Origin: Marsupella aquatica
Lineage: Eukaryota > Plantae > Marchantiophyta
Reading direction: 5' to 3'
Assembly: GCA_973895155.1 (NCBI GenBank)
Contig: OZ316896.1
Span: 17,410,754-17,474,753 of the forward strand
Length of the DNA: 64,000 bases
Shown here: positions 26,499-39,789 of the stretch, piece after piece
Layout: the number at the start of each line of letters is the position of its first letter
Position numbering within the stretch: the stretch's first letter is position 1
Notes under the pieces: model-generated
The model's database searches: none
The model's input: only the letters and a program-made list of their open reading frames with translations
Told to the model about the DNA's origin: nothing
Made by a program: the position numbers and the translations under genes

Positions 26499-29484
26499 AT
26501 GGCGGACAGAGAAGCTGAGGAGGCCAAGCAGGGAGCAAGAGGTGGTGGTAGAAAGCCAGCTCCGGTGGAATTGGGAGGTTTCTCAATTGAAGGAATTTCA
26601 ATTGCCGCGCACGAGACTTGTGTGATGATTCCGGCCATGAGAGTAGCTTTTGACATCGGTCGATGTCCGCAGCGAGCGATTTCGCAGGACTTCCTCTTCA
26701 TTTCACATTCCCATATGGATCACATTGTGAGTGCTTGTTTTCCCTCCGAACCAAAACCCTAGACCCCTGCGATCTATGTGAATCTAGTGATCTCGTTTCA
26801 GCGTTTGGTTGACTCTTATTCCGGTGCGGGGAATTCCTTTGCTCTCTGTCTCCGGGCCTTTCAACTTATCGTGGTGATGGAAGGATCGGATGTCCACGGG
26901 TGACGAACTAATCCCGGACATGAGAAGAATTCAATCAAATATTCCAGTGAAGAGCTCTTTTGTGAAAAAATAATGTTTAGAACAGATGAAGGTAGACCAT
27001 TGTTGGACAGATTTACGAAATGAGTGAGTTCCTTTAATATCTGTGTCTCTTGTGCTTGAATTGTCTGCCTTGTCTGCTATTGATCGTCCTTGTTATCCAG
27101 TGCTTTAGTTGGCTCAAAACTCCGAAGTTCTAGGTCAATTGCTGTGCTCGTTTGGTTTCTTGGCCAACTGTGTTTTACAGTTTCCTGCCAGAGTCTTCTG
27201 TACAGCATTTCTTATTATGCGTGGGGCACCTGAAGGGAATTTTTAATAATTGTAAGTGTTGTCATGAGGCCTCAAGTTACTGACATTAGAGTGGATTATC
27301 AGGGAGGTATTGCAATGTATGTGGCAACTAGAGGACTGTACAAGATGAAGCCGCCCACTGTTTTCGTCCCTAAATGCATCAAACAAACCGTTGAGAAGCT
27401 GATCGAAGTCTACAGAGAGTTGGATGGATCCGAGCTGGCTCTACGGCTAGTTGGCCTGGATGTGGGTATGCTCTTTGTTAGAACTTTTCAAATGAATGAT
27501 GTGAACAAGTTTGATGAGAGCAGTTTAAAATGCTGTATATGAATTATGTTTTCTTATGAATGCCTATGTTTATCGTTGCCACGATTGGAAGTTTCTTTCA
27601 TTGCACTCGTGCTACAAGTCATTGAAAGGCATCGTCAGGATGGATAGGAGGGCTTACATGCGTCCATCATTTGTCTTAATTCGATCCTGTTATGGTGAAT
27701 GAGTACCTCCTATCAGTAACCTGCTTCGGTTGTTCAAGACAAACTGTTGAATTACGCCTCATCTCTGATGCCAGGCCTAGAAATGTGGTTACGGTATGTG
27801 TGTGATCCCAAAGTTGAGCACCACAGCAATACCGATTGTCCCTTTTGACTGGTGTGGTTCTATCTGCAGATTGGGGACGAGTATGACATGGGAAAAGGCT
27901 ATGTGGTTAAACCTTTTCGGACATATCATGTTGTACCAAGCCAGGTAGATGCTTCTTCCATTTGATTATGCCAATGCGATGTACAGGACATACGCTGAAA
28001 GATGTAGATTTCCTTGGTTGTTGCAACATGTCGGTTGTTGTCGGCGTTGGATCTTGTGGCAATGATCTTCTTTGGTTTGTCTACCTAAACTATCATTCGT
28101 TCGCTTGCGGTAGACTTTTGTGTCTGGAGCTGCTGAGCGTTTTGTCGCTATAAATGCAGGGCTATGTCGTATACTCTGTAAAGAAGAAGTTGAAACCAGA
28201 GTACCTGCATCTTCCTGGACCTGAAATTAAACTGTTGAGACTTGCTAAGGTGGAGGTTAGTTGAACTCTATCTACAAACCTTTGTTATGAATATTTGCTA
28301 AAGTATGCGGATGAGACTTTAGTCTTCGTAAATCCCATAGTTCATGTCAAATTTCTCAGTAAGGATTAATCACTTCTGTGGGTATTCATGGATTGGTCCT
28401 CTCAGATTGTAAACATTTTCAAGATTCCAGAAGTGGCATTCACTGGTGACACAACAGCAGATTTCATTGTGGATGAAGCCAATAAAGATGCCCTTGAGGC
28501 GAAGTTGCTCATCATGGAGGTTTGTCCACTGGCCTCAGTGCACTCTAGGCTTAAGTCGTTCTCCTGCTAGTCTTGCCTGGCCCGTTAAATGTACTTCACT
28601 TTGAATTATATTGGTATCGTTTAATAGCATTAGAAAGGTATCTCGAATTGACTGTAGGCTTAGTTCAACTATAGGGCAGACAAGAATGTTCTGGGCCAGT
28701 CTACAGTCCTCACTCTTACATGCACGAATCCGGATGCTGATCTCGCCTGACATGAAATCTGCCCTGCCTTTCGTAGTGCCTAACAGTGGCCTATGCTAAT
28801 TGTAGGCTACGTATGTTAATGAGGCAATGTCTGTGGAGCATGCTCGGGACTACGGCCATGTTCATCTGTCTGAGGTAACTGTTTGGAAACTGTTTGGAAA
28901 GAGAGATTGTTTATGCAGTGCATCTCTTTCTGCCGCTAGTTTTGTGCAGAGGTTTGCGTGCTATCCTCTGCTAGTGTGATCATTGCAAGCCTGTTTGTAA
29001 CATGAAATTGTTTGCGCGCCCTATTATTATTGGCATTGTGATTGGCTATGATTTTTATGCTTTGGGGAGGAATTTTGCTTCTTACATGGACTGTATTTGT
29101 GGCCGACAAAAGATCTGCCATTCATATCTAATGCATATTTTATACAATATATATATCTATCAATTGGAAATCTGTTTCTAATTAGAAGTAAGTGCTTCCT
29201 GTCAATGTGAATTGAATAGGTTGCAGCGCTGGCCGATAATTTCAAGAATGAAAACATTCTCTTTATTCACTTCTCAGCTCGCTACGTAGCAGAAGTAAGA
29301 ACTCTTGTACTCATCTGCAATTGAATGCTGCCTCGTTGGTTGATGATTATTTCACAAGCCCATTCAAGTTCTGGTGTGAGCAATAATTACCTCCGGCGCC
29401 TTGTCTCAGGAAATTACAAGGGCGATAGAAAATTTGCCGGAAGCGTTCAAGGGCCGGGTTGCTCCACTGCTGGAGGGTTTTTGA
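26499..29484 (+). CDS. TRZ1: tRNase Z short form, TM-type (TRZ1-like), tRNA 3' processing endonuclease
   Basis: 8 phase-0 exons: 26499-26726, 27303-27461, 27870-27944, 28160-28255, 28406-28519, 28806-28874, 29220-29294, 29410-29484; 296 aa. Metallo-beta-lactamase SHSHMDH plus HVVPSQGY, KKKLKPEY arm, AFTGDT, MEAT, GHVH and IHFSARY. No long transit peptide. Confidence 0.93.
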
Positions 29485-32350
29485 TGTAGCGCCCACTCAG
29501 TGGGTGACATTGACGCTTCCAACCGTGGAACTTGTGCAGCTCTCTAGGGGAAAAACCATGAGAGGTGCCCCATCTTTGGACATGCTCAATCTCTAGCACG
29601 CCAGTGAGATTATGTAATCATTCACCATGGGTCTGATGAAGTTCGACAAACCGACCTCGACAATTTACCATGATGGAATTATATTTCCCACAGCTTGGTG
29701 GTAAGATACTGTGCATGTGATCCTTCGAGATTGCAAAATCTTCCTAGGGGACGTGCACATAGAATTGGAGTCACCCGCTCATGAGATGTAAATACCCATT
29801 GAATTTGACTTCGCCATCAAAATAATATGGAATGACTCCACGAGTCAGTTACTATACACTTGTGCAACTATCGACTGAAAATTCTGGAATAGTTCAAAAA
29901 TAGCTTGCTTCGGAGGTCATGTATTTGCTTATGACCGGAAAGTAGAAAGGAGCAGAATGCTGGGCAGGTATCTCGACCTGACTGCTGGACATGGACGTTA
30001 TGTCGACTAGAAGTCGGCCCCCAAAACAAGCTTTAACGAAATTGTAGATTCGTGATCGGGGATTTGCATCCAACGATTGTGTATAAATCATTTGTTCCTC
30101 CAAAACAAGCCGAAAACTGCGGCGATGCTCTTCCTGATTGACAAATCTGGATTGAACAAATCGAATTTTGAAAGCGAATTTGTGCTGGTTAATAAATCAT
30201 TCTACCTGGATCTTATTTTTGAGGAGAATCTAAGGTGGGCCAATAAATCTGGACAGGAGACTCTAATGAATTGATGATCGAATGAATATGTGCCCGAAAA
30301 TTGCGGCATGCTTTCAATTGCCCTGGTGCTGTAGGTGGGTGTACGTCCTTGGCATGCACGCAGCAGCGAATGAGCTCCTGGCCTTCAATTATTTTGACTT
30401 GAAAATCTTGACATAGGTGTAGCAAGCAAGCTCCCCATTACCTAGCTGGTCCTCCATTTGTTTATCTGACGTCAAGTATTTTTTGCCAATTTGTCACTGT
30501 TTTGCAAGTTGTATTGGGATTCAAATGCCTTAGAAAAAAAATTGGATTTCCAAAACGAACACTTCTCGTTAGGTCCGACATTGTATAACACAAAAGTAAA
30601 AGTTAATGAGCTATGGAGCTCATCCAAGTCAAACCGATTCACAGTGACGATAGAAATGCAATAACACTCTGCTCGGGACTGTGCTGAATGACCACCCCGC
30701 CAGTCACAAGACCACGGAATTGATCAGACGCGTTTGGCGTGTACAAATCAGAGGATGGCCGGGAGCTCGGCTGCCTGCTGGGAGGTTGCTCTCCATATGA
30801 AAAGACTGGTGTGCGACTGTACGTAGGGGAATGGTGGGCTTTTGAAGTTGGATCGTTAAAAATCCAATTTGTAACCATGGTGGGACTTTCTGGGCATATG
30901 GTTTCTGTCCCCCGGGCTATACTGCTGGTCAGGGGTAATCTTTTGTATTGGCACTTGCTAGGCCCTCTGGCCAATATTGGCTTCACTTGATATGTTTCTT
31001 TTAGGTTCTTTGTATTGTGGTGCTTGTAAGTTCTTGATTACCACACTCTGTTTGGGCCAGAGGCTAGGTTCAGTGGGGTTGGGAGTGAGGAGTACAGATG
31101 CGTGTCAAAATGTTTAAGCCAATAAAATTACAGCGTTTGGAGGGACTGAGGGGTGTACGAATACTGTATCAGGGAGTATGATTTTCCCTCACTCCCTGTT
31201 AAACTTGAGAGGTACCCCCTGCCCCTCTAAAGTAGCAGTGTAGGGGATTCTCATTGGCTCTAAAGTCAAAACTCATTGATATGCCAAGGTGTATGAGTTT
31301 GACGTATTTGGGCCCCAGGGTGTGTCAGAGCAAGTGATTGTACTCCCTACCCCTGGCCCATGGAACCTGGCCCTTAGATGTGCCCCCTGGCCTCCTGGGT
31401 GGGAGTTGTGCCCTTGGTTCTTGGGTTTTTTTCCTGCTTGCTTCCCCCTTCCATTGGGTTTACTTCCCATGATTTTCACTATTTGAACATTTTCATCATT
31501 CTTCAATCAGTTGGATGAGTAAGCACTGAAATGAGTGTGCTGGTCTATAGTGTGCGTGAACTATAGTGTCTTTCATCTACCATGGTTATCAATGGTGAAT
31601 TGTAGTCTAAGGTCTAGAATAAGTTTGGTGGTGTAACTCTCCATTCCCGGGTGCGAGTATTTTTCTGTGTTGCCTTTCAGGAACTAGTGTATAGTTGTGG
31701 TAAATTGCACTCGCTGTTAGTAATAAATGGAATGAGTTTGGTGGTCTGAAGTTGCATACTACGTTTCGGCATGAATTGAATATATAATATATCCAAGCTT
31801 TATCACATGGTGAATAGTTTAACCGACAATAGAGAACTACAAAAGTGACTAAACCTTCTCAGCGTCTGTCACTCCTATCCTCTAGACCAGTTTGACCCTG
31901 ACGTTCCTATCCACTAGAGCAGTTTGACCCTACCCTACACTATACCATCCGAGGTCACGGGAAAATATGCAAGATTTGTGTGGACTAGGATGACAAGCAC
32001 CTTGAAATGCTATAGGTAGACTTTTCTCCAGTGAGTTTAATTGAACACATTAATGCTCACATCTAGAGTAATTGAATATGACCAAGAAAACCTATTATTT
32101 TAGCAATGAATTAAATGTATATACAATGTGTAGTAAGTCACTGAATCAATCAGTTAAAAACACAAGGGAATGAATCAATGTGTGAATCAGGGGTATGTTC
32201 CATCAGTAAAAAGTAAAAAAATATGACTGAATAAATATATCTTAGAGGACTGCCTCTGCCCGTTATAGCAAGCACTACAACAACAGGGAAGAAGAGATGC
32301 ATCCACTCATCTACATCGAATTGGGGCATGAGTAGGCCCTTATTTAAGAT

Positions 32351-32556
32351 GCCTAAATAAGGGTCATCATCATCCACTCATTTTTTTGCCTAAATAAGGG
32401 CTAGTTATTTTCCTAGTGATCAAATTCGAGTGGTTCTTGCTGCCATGGTACTAGAAGAACTTCAAAATTTTAGGGCCGTTTTTTTCTTGCGTTAGTTGGA
32501 TACAGCTCAATTTTTGCATATGGAGACAGATGACCCTTATTTAGGCAAAAAAATGA
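32351..32556. mobile_element. Small inverted-repeat element (MITE-like)
   Basis: tcatttttttgcctaaataaggg (32378-32400) is the exact reverse complement of 32534-32556. gcctaaataagggtcatc (32351-32368) also pairs with 32529-32546. Confidence 0.55.
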
Positions 32557-32693
32557 CGGAAAAACATGACACGTGCAATGACACAACATTATTTAACTGT
32601 AGTTCCCTGCAAAGGTTTTTTTCAACAATGATTGTACAACAAAGTTATCGGCACCCCTATCTAGTGATTATCCATGAACATAGGTACATAGGA

Positions 32694-33066
32694 TCTAACT
32701 CTACAATATGCTATCCCATCATTATTTATTCACCTTGAAATCTATTGCTCTACTTTACATTTTTTTATGGTCAACATCTTTTTCTCTCCTTCACACATGT
32801 TGTCTCCTCAACATCTTTTGCTCTCCTGGGCATCTTTTGTTCACCCTGAAATATTTTCTCTCCTCAATTTTTTTTCTCATATCAACATCTATACCAATCT
32901 CTTCTCAACATCTTTTCTCTCCTTGACATATGTTTGTGACCTCGACATCTTTTCTCTCCTCGACTTATTTTATCATCTTGACATCTTTTCTCACCTCAAC
33001 ATTTTTTCTCATTGACTTCTTTTATCACCTCGACATCTTTCGTGCAACGCACGGGCATCGGGCTAG
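32694..33066 (+). mobile_element. Non-autonomous Helitron
   Basis: 3' hairpin cgtgc-aac-gcacg (33041-33053), then CTAG|T at 33063-33067. Internal minisatellite of acatcttttctctcct-like units. The 5' A|TC end at 32694 is tentative. Confidence 0.65.
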
Positions 33067-34722
33067 TGACACACATAATCATGATACCTAGGTTCTGGGC
33101 ATTGAAACCCAAATTAAGCCTACCCACCGCCTCATGTGCTTATTAAATGCTGTCGCTGGCCCTATTTGCTTCCCCAACCTTGTTTGTGGGGTTCATGGAT
33201 TATGATCCAAAACTAAAATGGTTCATTACAGAATCTGTTGAAGGGGGAAAGTTTTATAGGTTGCTGGGATGTAGATGTTTAATTTATACTCGAAATAATT
33301 AGAATCATAAATTTCCCACCTAACTAAGGGCTTGAGTAAGAGAGCTCTGAAAACAATTGTGAACAAGGAAAACTAATCTGCTCCCCTGTCTGGTCCCAAA
33401 AGTAAGGAGAGGCAAAAGGCAAGTGTTTCCAATTGATGTCCAATTGCTTCCTAGTGGATAATTTGCATCATAGACCTTTCACTGCGGCAAATCACTTCTC
33501 ATTGTTACTGATTCGAAACCCATCATCAATCTGACTGTTCAACACTTGGAAGTATTGTGGATAGCATTTTTATTTGAATCCATATAAGCTTTTCTTTAAC
33601 ATAATCTGAAAGAAAATACTAAAATATTTAGAATGAGAAATATTGAATAGTGGTTAACTCAATTTGGGGATTATTCTTTACATTACAAGAGACTCAAATT
33701 TTGCCAGGCATCAAAAAAGTACAATCGGAAAATGACCAAATTAATATGTTGTAATGCAATGACTTGGGTGCTGATGTTGGCAGTGTACACATTGGGCTCG
33801 TCAGGCTTGCATTGGCAGACGAACAATTAACTCTTTGTAAGTGCTCTTGGGAGGACAGATCCAGCATGCACTAAACCAGGTGTTGCATCCCACACCCCCT
33901 AAATATCACTCACCAATAAGTGTACATGCCATTTACATCCCTTTGTTATATGTGTAATGGGCCCCTCAGTCAGTGAGCAGCCTCATACCTAGTAGCCTTG
34001 CCCTAAATTCTGTGCCCAAACTCCCTGAGTGCATTTTAGCCCTACTAAGAATGGGCATGCATTCATAAGTAAATGCAGTTTTATGGGATTGTGCGCTTAC
34101 CAATAAGTGCATATAGGGTTATTGTTACCAATAAGGGCTGATAAAGTTGTTCTTCACCTAAATGATTCCAGGTGTGTGTGCACTTAGAAAATATGGTTCT
34201 ATTTAAAGGGAAGAACATCGTGCCCTGCGCTTAAGTACAGTAGGTAGTGCTCTTATGGGGTGTGCACTTAGAGAGCACACTGTATGTCAAGCTGGCGTCG
34301 GGTCTCCTTCTCTCAAAGAAATCCTAAGTATGTGGAGCTAAGGGTCGTTACTGCCGAAAAGCATAGACGCTCATTTTCCTTTGAAGTTAAGTTCAATTGA
34401 GCGGCTACATTCAAAAACACTTAGACCGGTACATTCAAAAACCCTTAGACCGGTAACAACAACAGCTCCGAGTTTAGTACAACCTGTAGAATTTTGTACA
34501 TTCGAAGGTAGTATAGCATTTGCGCTGATTTCGATGGAAGTTGTGGGCCATCGGGAAAGCAGTTGACAACAAGAAAAAGAGAATAAGATGATCTCCAATT
34601 CGATCAATCCCGTTGCTCTCCTTGATAAGAGGAGTCAAAGGATCAATCCCGTTGCTCTCCTTGATAAGAGAGTCGAAACCGACAGTAGAAACAAAGGTGT
34701 AGCTTACTTTGTTACTTTGTAG

Positions 34723-36417
34723 AGACGCGGAGGTGGGCGCAGACGACAGTGGACGTGCTCAGGGCAAACAAATGTGTTCGCAGTGAGTTGTAGATCGAAG
34801 CTTGATTGTGACCATTGCTCTCGCGATTCGATATGAATACGACAGTGGACGTGCTCAGGGTGAACAAGTGTGTTCGCACTGAGTTGTAGATTGAAGCTTC
34901 ATTGTGACCATTGCTCTCGCGATTCGATGTGAATGCTCTTGCGATTTGATATGAATCAATGAGTGGTGAGTCGGACTACCGCCTGCATGCATGTATTTGC
35001 ATTCATTTTACATCAAGTGACGATTCCCATTTCTCTCCTTCGTTGATATAAGATTCCCGTTTCTCTCCTGGCTTCCTTGATATAAGATAGTCGACACATA
35101 CAATGTTGCAGGTCACGTTTTAGAGTCGGGAGGCGACAACAATGGTTCCTGGAGGTGCGCAGACTACAGTGGTTCAAGTGCACAGATCGACGACAGTGAT
35201 TCACTTGCTCAGGGTGAACGATCGAACATGTGTTTGCACCGAGTTATAGATCGAAGCCGAAGTGTGACCATTGCTCTCGCGATTTGATGGGAATGCTCTC
35301 GCAATTTTATATGAATCAATGAGTGGTGAGTCGGACTACCACCTGCATGCATGTATTTGCATTCATTTTACAGCAAGTAACGATTCCCGTTTCTCTCCTT
35401 CGTTGATATAAGATTGCCGTTTCTCTCCTTCCTTGATATAAGATAGTCGACACGTACAATGTTGCAGGTCACGTTTTAGAGTCAGGGCGACAACAGTGGT
35501 TCCTGAAGGTGCGCAGACTACAGTGGTTCAAGTGCACAGATTGACGACAGTGATTCACTTGCTCAGGATGAACGAACATGTGTTCGCACCGAGTTGTAGA
35601 TCGGAGCCAAAGTGTGACCATTGCTCTCGCGATTTGATGGGAATGCTCTCGCGATTTATATGAATCAATGAGTGGTAAGTCAGACTACCGCCTGCATGCA
35701 TGTATTTGCATTCATTTTACATCAAGTAACGATTCCCGTTTCTCTCCTTCCTTGATAAGATAGTCGACACAATGTTGCAGGTCACTTTTTAGAGTTGAGA
35801 GCAGACAACAGTGGTCAGGTGCGCAGACAACAGTGGTTCAAGTGCACAGATTGACGACAGTGATTCACGTGCTCAGGGCGAACAAACATGTGCTCGCACC
35901 GAGTTGTAGATCGAAGCCGGAGTGTGACCATTGCTCTCGCGATTTGATGGGAATGCTCTCGCGATTTATATGAATCAACGAGTGGTGAGTCAGACTACCG
36001 CCTGCGTGCATGTATTTGCATTCATTTTACATCAAGTAACGATTCCCGTTTTTCTCCTTCCTTGATAAGATAGTCGACACAATGTTGCAGGTCACTTTTT
36101 AGAGTTGAGAGCAGACAACAGTGATCAGGTGCGCAGACAACAGTGGTCAGGTGCGCAGACAACAGTGGTTCAAGTGCACAGATTGACGACAGTGATTCAC
36201 GTGCTCAGGGCGAACAAACATGTGCTCGCACCGAGTTGTAGATCGAAGCCGGAGTGTGACCATTGCTCTCGCGATTCGATGTGAATGCTCTCGCAATGTG
36301 ATGTGAATCAACGAGTGGTGAGTTGGACTGCCACATTTTGTGATTCTTTTGCATGCATGTATTTGCATTCATCTTACATCAACTAAATGATTACACGTTT
36401 TTGCACAATTTTTGCAG
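34723..36417 (+). repeat. Tandem array of ~310-360-bp units, each an exon+intron cassette
   Basis: Donors gagtg|GT(G/A)AGT at 34966, 35326, 35675, 35985, 36318. Acceptors ttgCAG| at 35111, 35467, 35780, 36090, 36417. The units are highly similar. Confidence 0.85.
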
Positions 36418-36830
36418 GACTTCCTGCCTTGGAGTCAAAATGGTGGACTTTGACCTAAACTCTGAAGAGTCTTGATTCGATCTCAACAATGAGGTCATAT
36501 CTACAAAGGCTTAAAGTTTGGCGCAGGCATGCACCACAACTTCCATTGGAAGCAGAGGCCAATGCTATACTACCTTCGAACGTACGGAGTTCCACAGATG
36601 TAGCACCTGTTTGAATATCTAGATCTGTTGTTATTGCAGAATCTGATGAGCGGGATCCATGCCCCAATAGTGCACAATCTCCTACAGATGGAGCACTTGC
36701 TGCAGTATCTAGATCTGTTGCTATATCTCAACCCAAGGATACTGCACAATCTACTTCTGCACAATTTACTTTGACTAGTGATGAAATACCTCAACCCAAG
36801 GGTTGTTGGTCCTGTAACTTCAGTAAAGCT
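36418..36830 (+). pseudogene. Decayed ORF (MVDFDLNSEES*FDLN..., PLEAEANAILPSNVRSS...), possibly TE-derived
   Basis: Begins just after the last array acceptor and carries in-frame stops and a frameshift. An inverted paralogous fragment lies at 34484-34546. Confidence 0.35.
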
Positions 36831-39424
36831 TGGTGTTTATCTGGGCTTTCAATCTCACTTACTGTTGTAATTTCAGTCTAGCTTAATGTCCACATGTCCC
36901 TTATGATAGCTACTACTCTCAATTATTGATTGATTGTTTCTTTCATATGAATACAAGAGCTTCGGTCTTTTGACTACTTGAATTTTAAGGAGCACTGAAG
37001 GAATTGGTCATACTTCAAGTGCCCTCTACGTTATATCTGACTTTTCAATTGATTGAATTTATGGAAAAAGATTTGAGTAAGAAAAGTTCTTCCTATCCAG
37101 AAGATTTAAGTAAGTACTATGCTTTCAAATTTTTGTGGGGACACTGCGAAATTTGATGAAGGGCTATGTGGATGGACACTTTTTTTGGATTTTCTCAACC
37201 GGAGCTTATTCTGGAATTTTTGCAACTTTATATGGAGAAAACAAGATGTTTGAACAATTTCTAAGTGTAGAATGCACTTTAAGAATTTTAATACCCTGCT
37301 ATTTTATTTAAAATGTTCTAGACCTTAGAAATGACTTAAATCCTGACAGCAAGTATAGTAGACATAGAAGATTACCTTGGAAACATTTCAACTTCATCGA
37401 AGCTATGGTTAAGAAGTTATGAATTTTCAAAGTTACCAAATCTTCATCCGCACTGTTTTCAATGACGCTTTCAAAAGCGTCCATCAAATTCAGGACGCTT
37501 CGTGAAGCGTCCACCCAAGTGCACGACGCCTCGTGAAGCGTCCACCAAAATCCCAACACTTGGAAAACTTTTCTGGCACAGTGTTTTTATCTGACAGCAC
37601 TTTTGTCTGATTTATTTGAAACTCTTAGACACTTCAGAAAAGTCTGAGATTTTTCCTGCTCATAGATTGGAAGTAGGTAAAGCCACTCTATGAAAATGAG
37701 CATTTTGGGTGTTAAGGATTAGAAATTAAAAATAGACAAATATAGTCAATTCTTATATTGTGACAGAAAAGTTTGATGACACTTAGTCATTTTGACATTT
37801 AAACTTAGTTTTTTCAGTGGACTACTATTACAGTAGTAATTTTCCACTCTTTCAATACCTTTGCTGCACTTATGTCATGCTTAGTTGGACTCAAAATGCA
37901 TACCACCATTATATTAGGACTTTAAACCTATAAGACCTTTTAGTATTGCTCCTTTGACCAGGCAGAACATTATTTAGTAATGACGAATACTGATTAGTTT
38001 TCCTCCTTCCATTGTAACAAGATATTGAGAGTTCATGTTTTGTATGGAAGTAAAGTGTTTGCTATGAATGGTATTTGAATTTAAAAAATTATTTATAATG
38101 ACTGAGTTTAACCACAAACTTTTGATGTTCATATCGAATTCACTGCTAGGCTTGCTTGTTGTGACAAGATTTGCTAGCCAATTCGAGAATTAATGTCTGA
38201 TTGTGAGAATCAACATTCCATTTTCACAATATTTAGTACCGTTACTTTGCTCTAGAATAGACCTTAGTGTTTGACTTAAGTTGTGTATCGCTGATAGTTG
38301 AACCATGTTGACGACATTGTAAGGTTTATCTTTGCATTTGTGACCAGAAAGCTACTTTGAGTTTGGTGAGCAAGATTCTTTCATTCAACATTGTTGTAGG
38401 TTGAGAGAAAGGATAGATGAGAATGATAATTACCATTTTGCATATGATAAGACCATAGTCCTTTATGAAGGAGTGGTAGTATCAAGATGATAATAAATCT
38501 ATCTCAATCTAGACTTATTTTTTCTATAACTCAGAAGTTCATGTTGTTTGTGTTTTGTTGATTTATTTATTTTTGCTGTGAGAAAATCTGAGATATATGG
38601 AGTAAGGGACTCCAAACCTCTCAAAGTTATTAAATCATTCAATCTTTTCCAAATCTGTTCTTAAAAGGGTCGAATTCTGAGTTTTAAAAGTTAGAAAAGT
38701 TACTTTTATGTTCTTACGGCTTACGACACAAAGCGATGCAAACATCATGACTTTGGGGGTTACGTACAGTTGGGAAATGTCTCCTGGACAAAGGTGGCAC
38801 TATTTACTAGACCACAAAACCTGTCTGCAAATCCATGTGAGAATAGTTGGCATGTGCGTTCCAGTAGTTTGCACACGAAAAAACAACAGCCAGGTATGTA
38901 GAAGGAACAGCACTACTGATCGATACCCAAGCGGCACAATTAGCTGTTTTGATATGCATTTGCCAGGAAGAATACATAGAGCACATTGCTGAAAGGCAAC
39001 AACACCTAACCGGGAGACATGGTCCCAATGGCAAAGCAGCCCAATAAAAGGGGCCAAGGAAGAGGCCCCAAGAAGACCTTTGCCGGTCTCATTGATTTAG
39101 AGAGAGTAATGCGAGAGAGTAATGCGGGTTATCATGGTATGGAGTGATTTACTACACCTGTATGTCATATTTTGATTTGCACTTACCTGGACCCCAACAC
39201 GACCAAAGATGTCCAACAAGTCAATGAGCCCCCCACATAAACAAGGAAGGCTCACAAAATCATGGCTATTAAACCACGGTGGTGACGCTCTAATGTACAC
39301 CCTATGCCAAAACCCGTATAATTATACGCAATTTGAAACGGAGGACTGCTCATCAGATTTGAATTCCACCATCGCGCAATTATTCGCCTCGTACAAAAAG
39401 AAACCGCCCCAACCGGTTCCCGGC

Positions 39425-39490
39425 GACAGGCCCACGAATCTCATACCAAAAGAAACTGGCCCAACCGGTTTCCGGTCATATGGCCCACGA
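39425..39490 (+). promoter_or_regulatory. Cluster of site II (GGCCCA) motifs, probable RecQ proximal promoter
   Basis: GGCCCA at ~39430, ~39458 and ~39482, then a GA-rich leader-like segment. Site II motifs are typical of plant housekeeping and proliferation promoters. Confidence 0.4.
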
Positions 39491-39789
39491 ATCCACCGGC
39501 TAGAGCGAGACAGAGAGTCGGAGAGATCAGGATTCAAACGCACTGTGATTTCCTTTACCCTGGATTTGCACTATTGTGAAGTCGAGAGATCCACATTTCG
39601 TTCTTTGTCTGGCCCATCCGTGACTTGTGCGTGACGAATTTGGCGAAATTCGACATCTCCGCTTCTTTTGCTGCAGCTCAATTCGTGAATTCGTGTTTTC
39701 TGATGTTTTCCTCAAGTGAAACTGAGTGTGAACGGCGGCTTGAATTCTGGAATGGCATAAATTGAATTGGCTGTAGCGAGCGAGGGGAG

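Noticed and set aside
38708-39100. Possible transposase (SWIM/MULE) remnant
   Set aside because: Only a vague basic C-terminal-like stretch (KRGQGRGPKK) with no complete motif; not supportable without a search.
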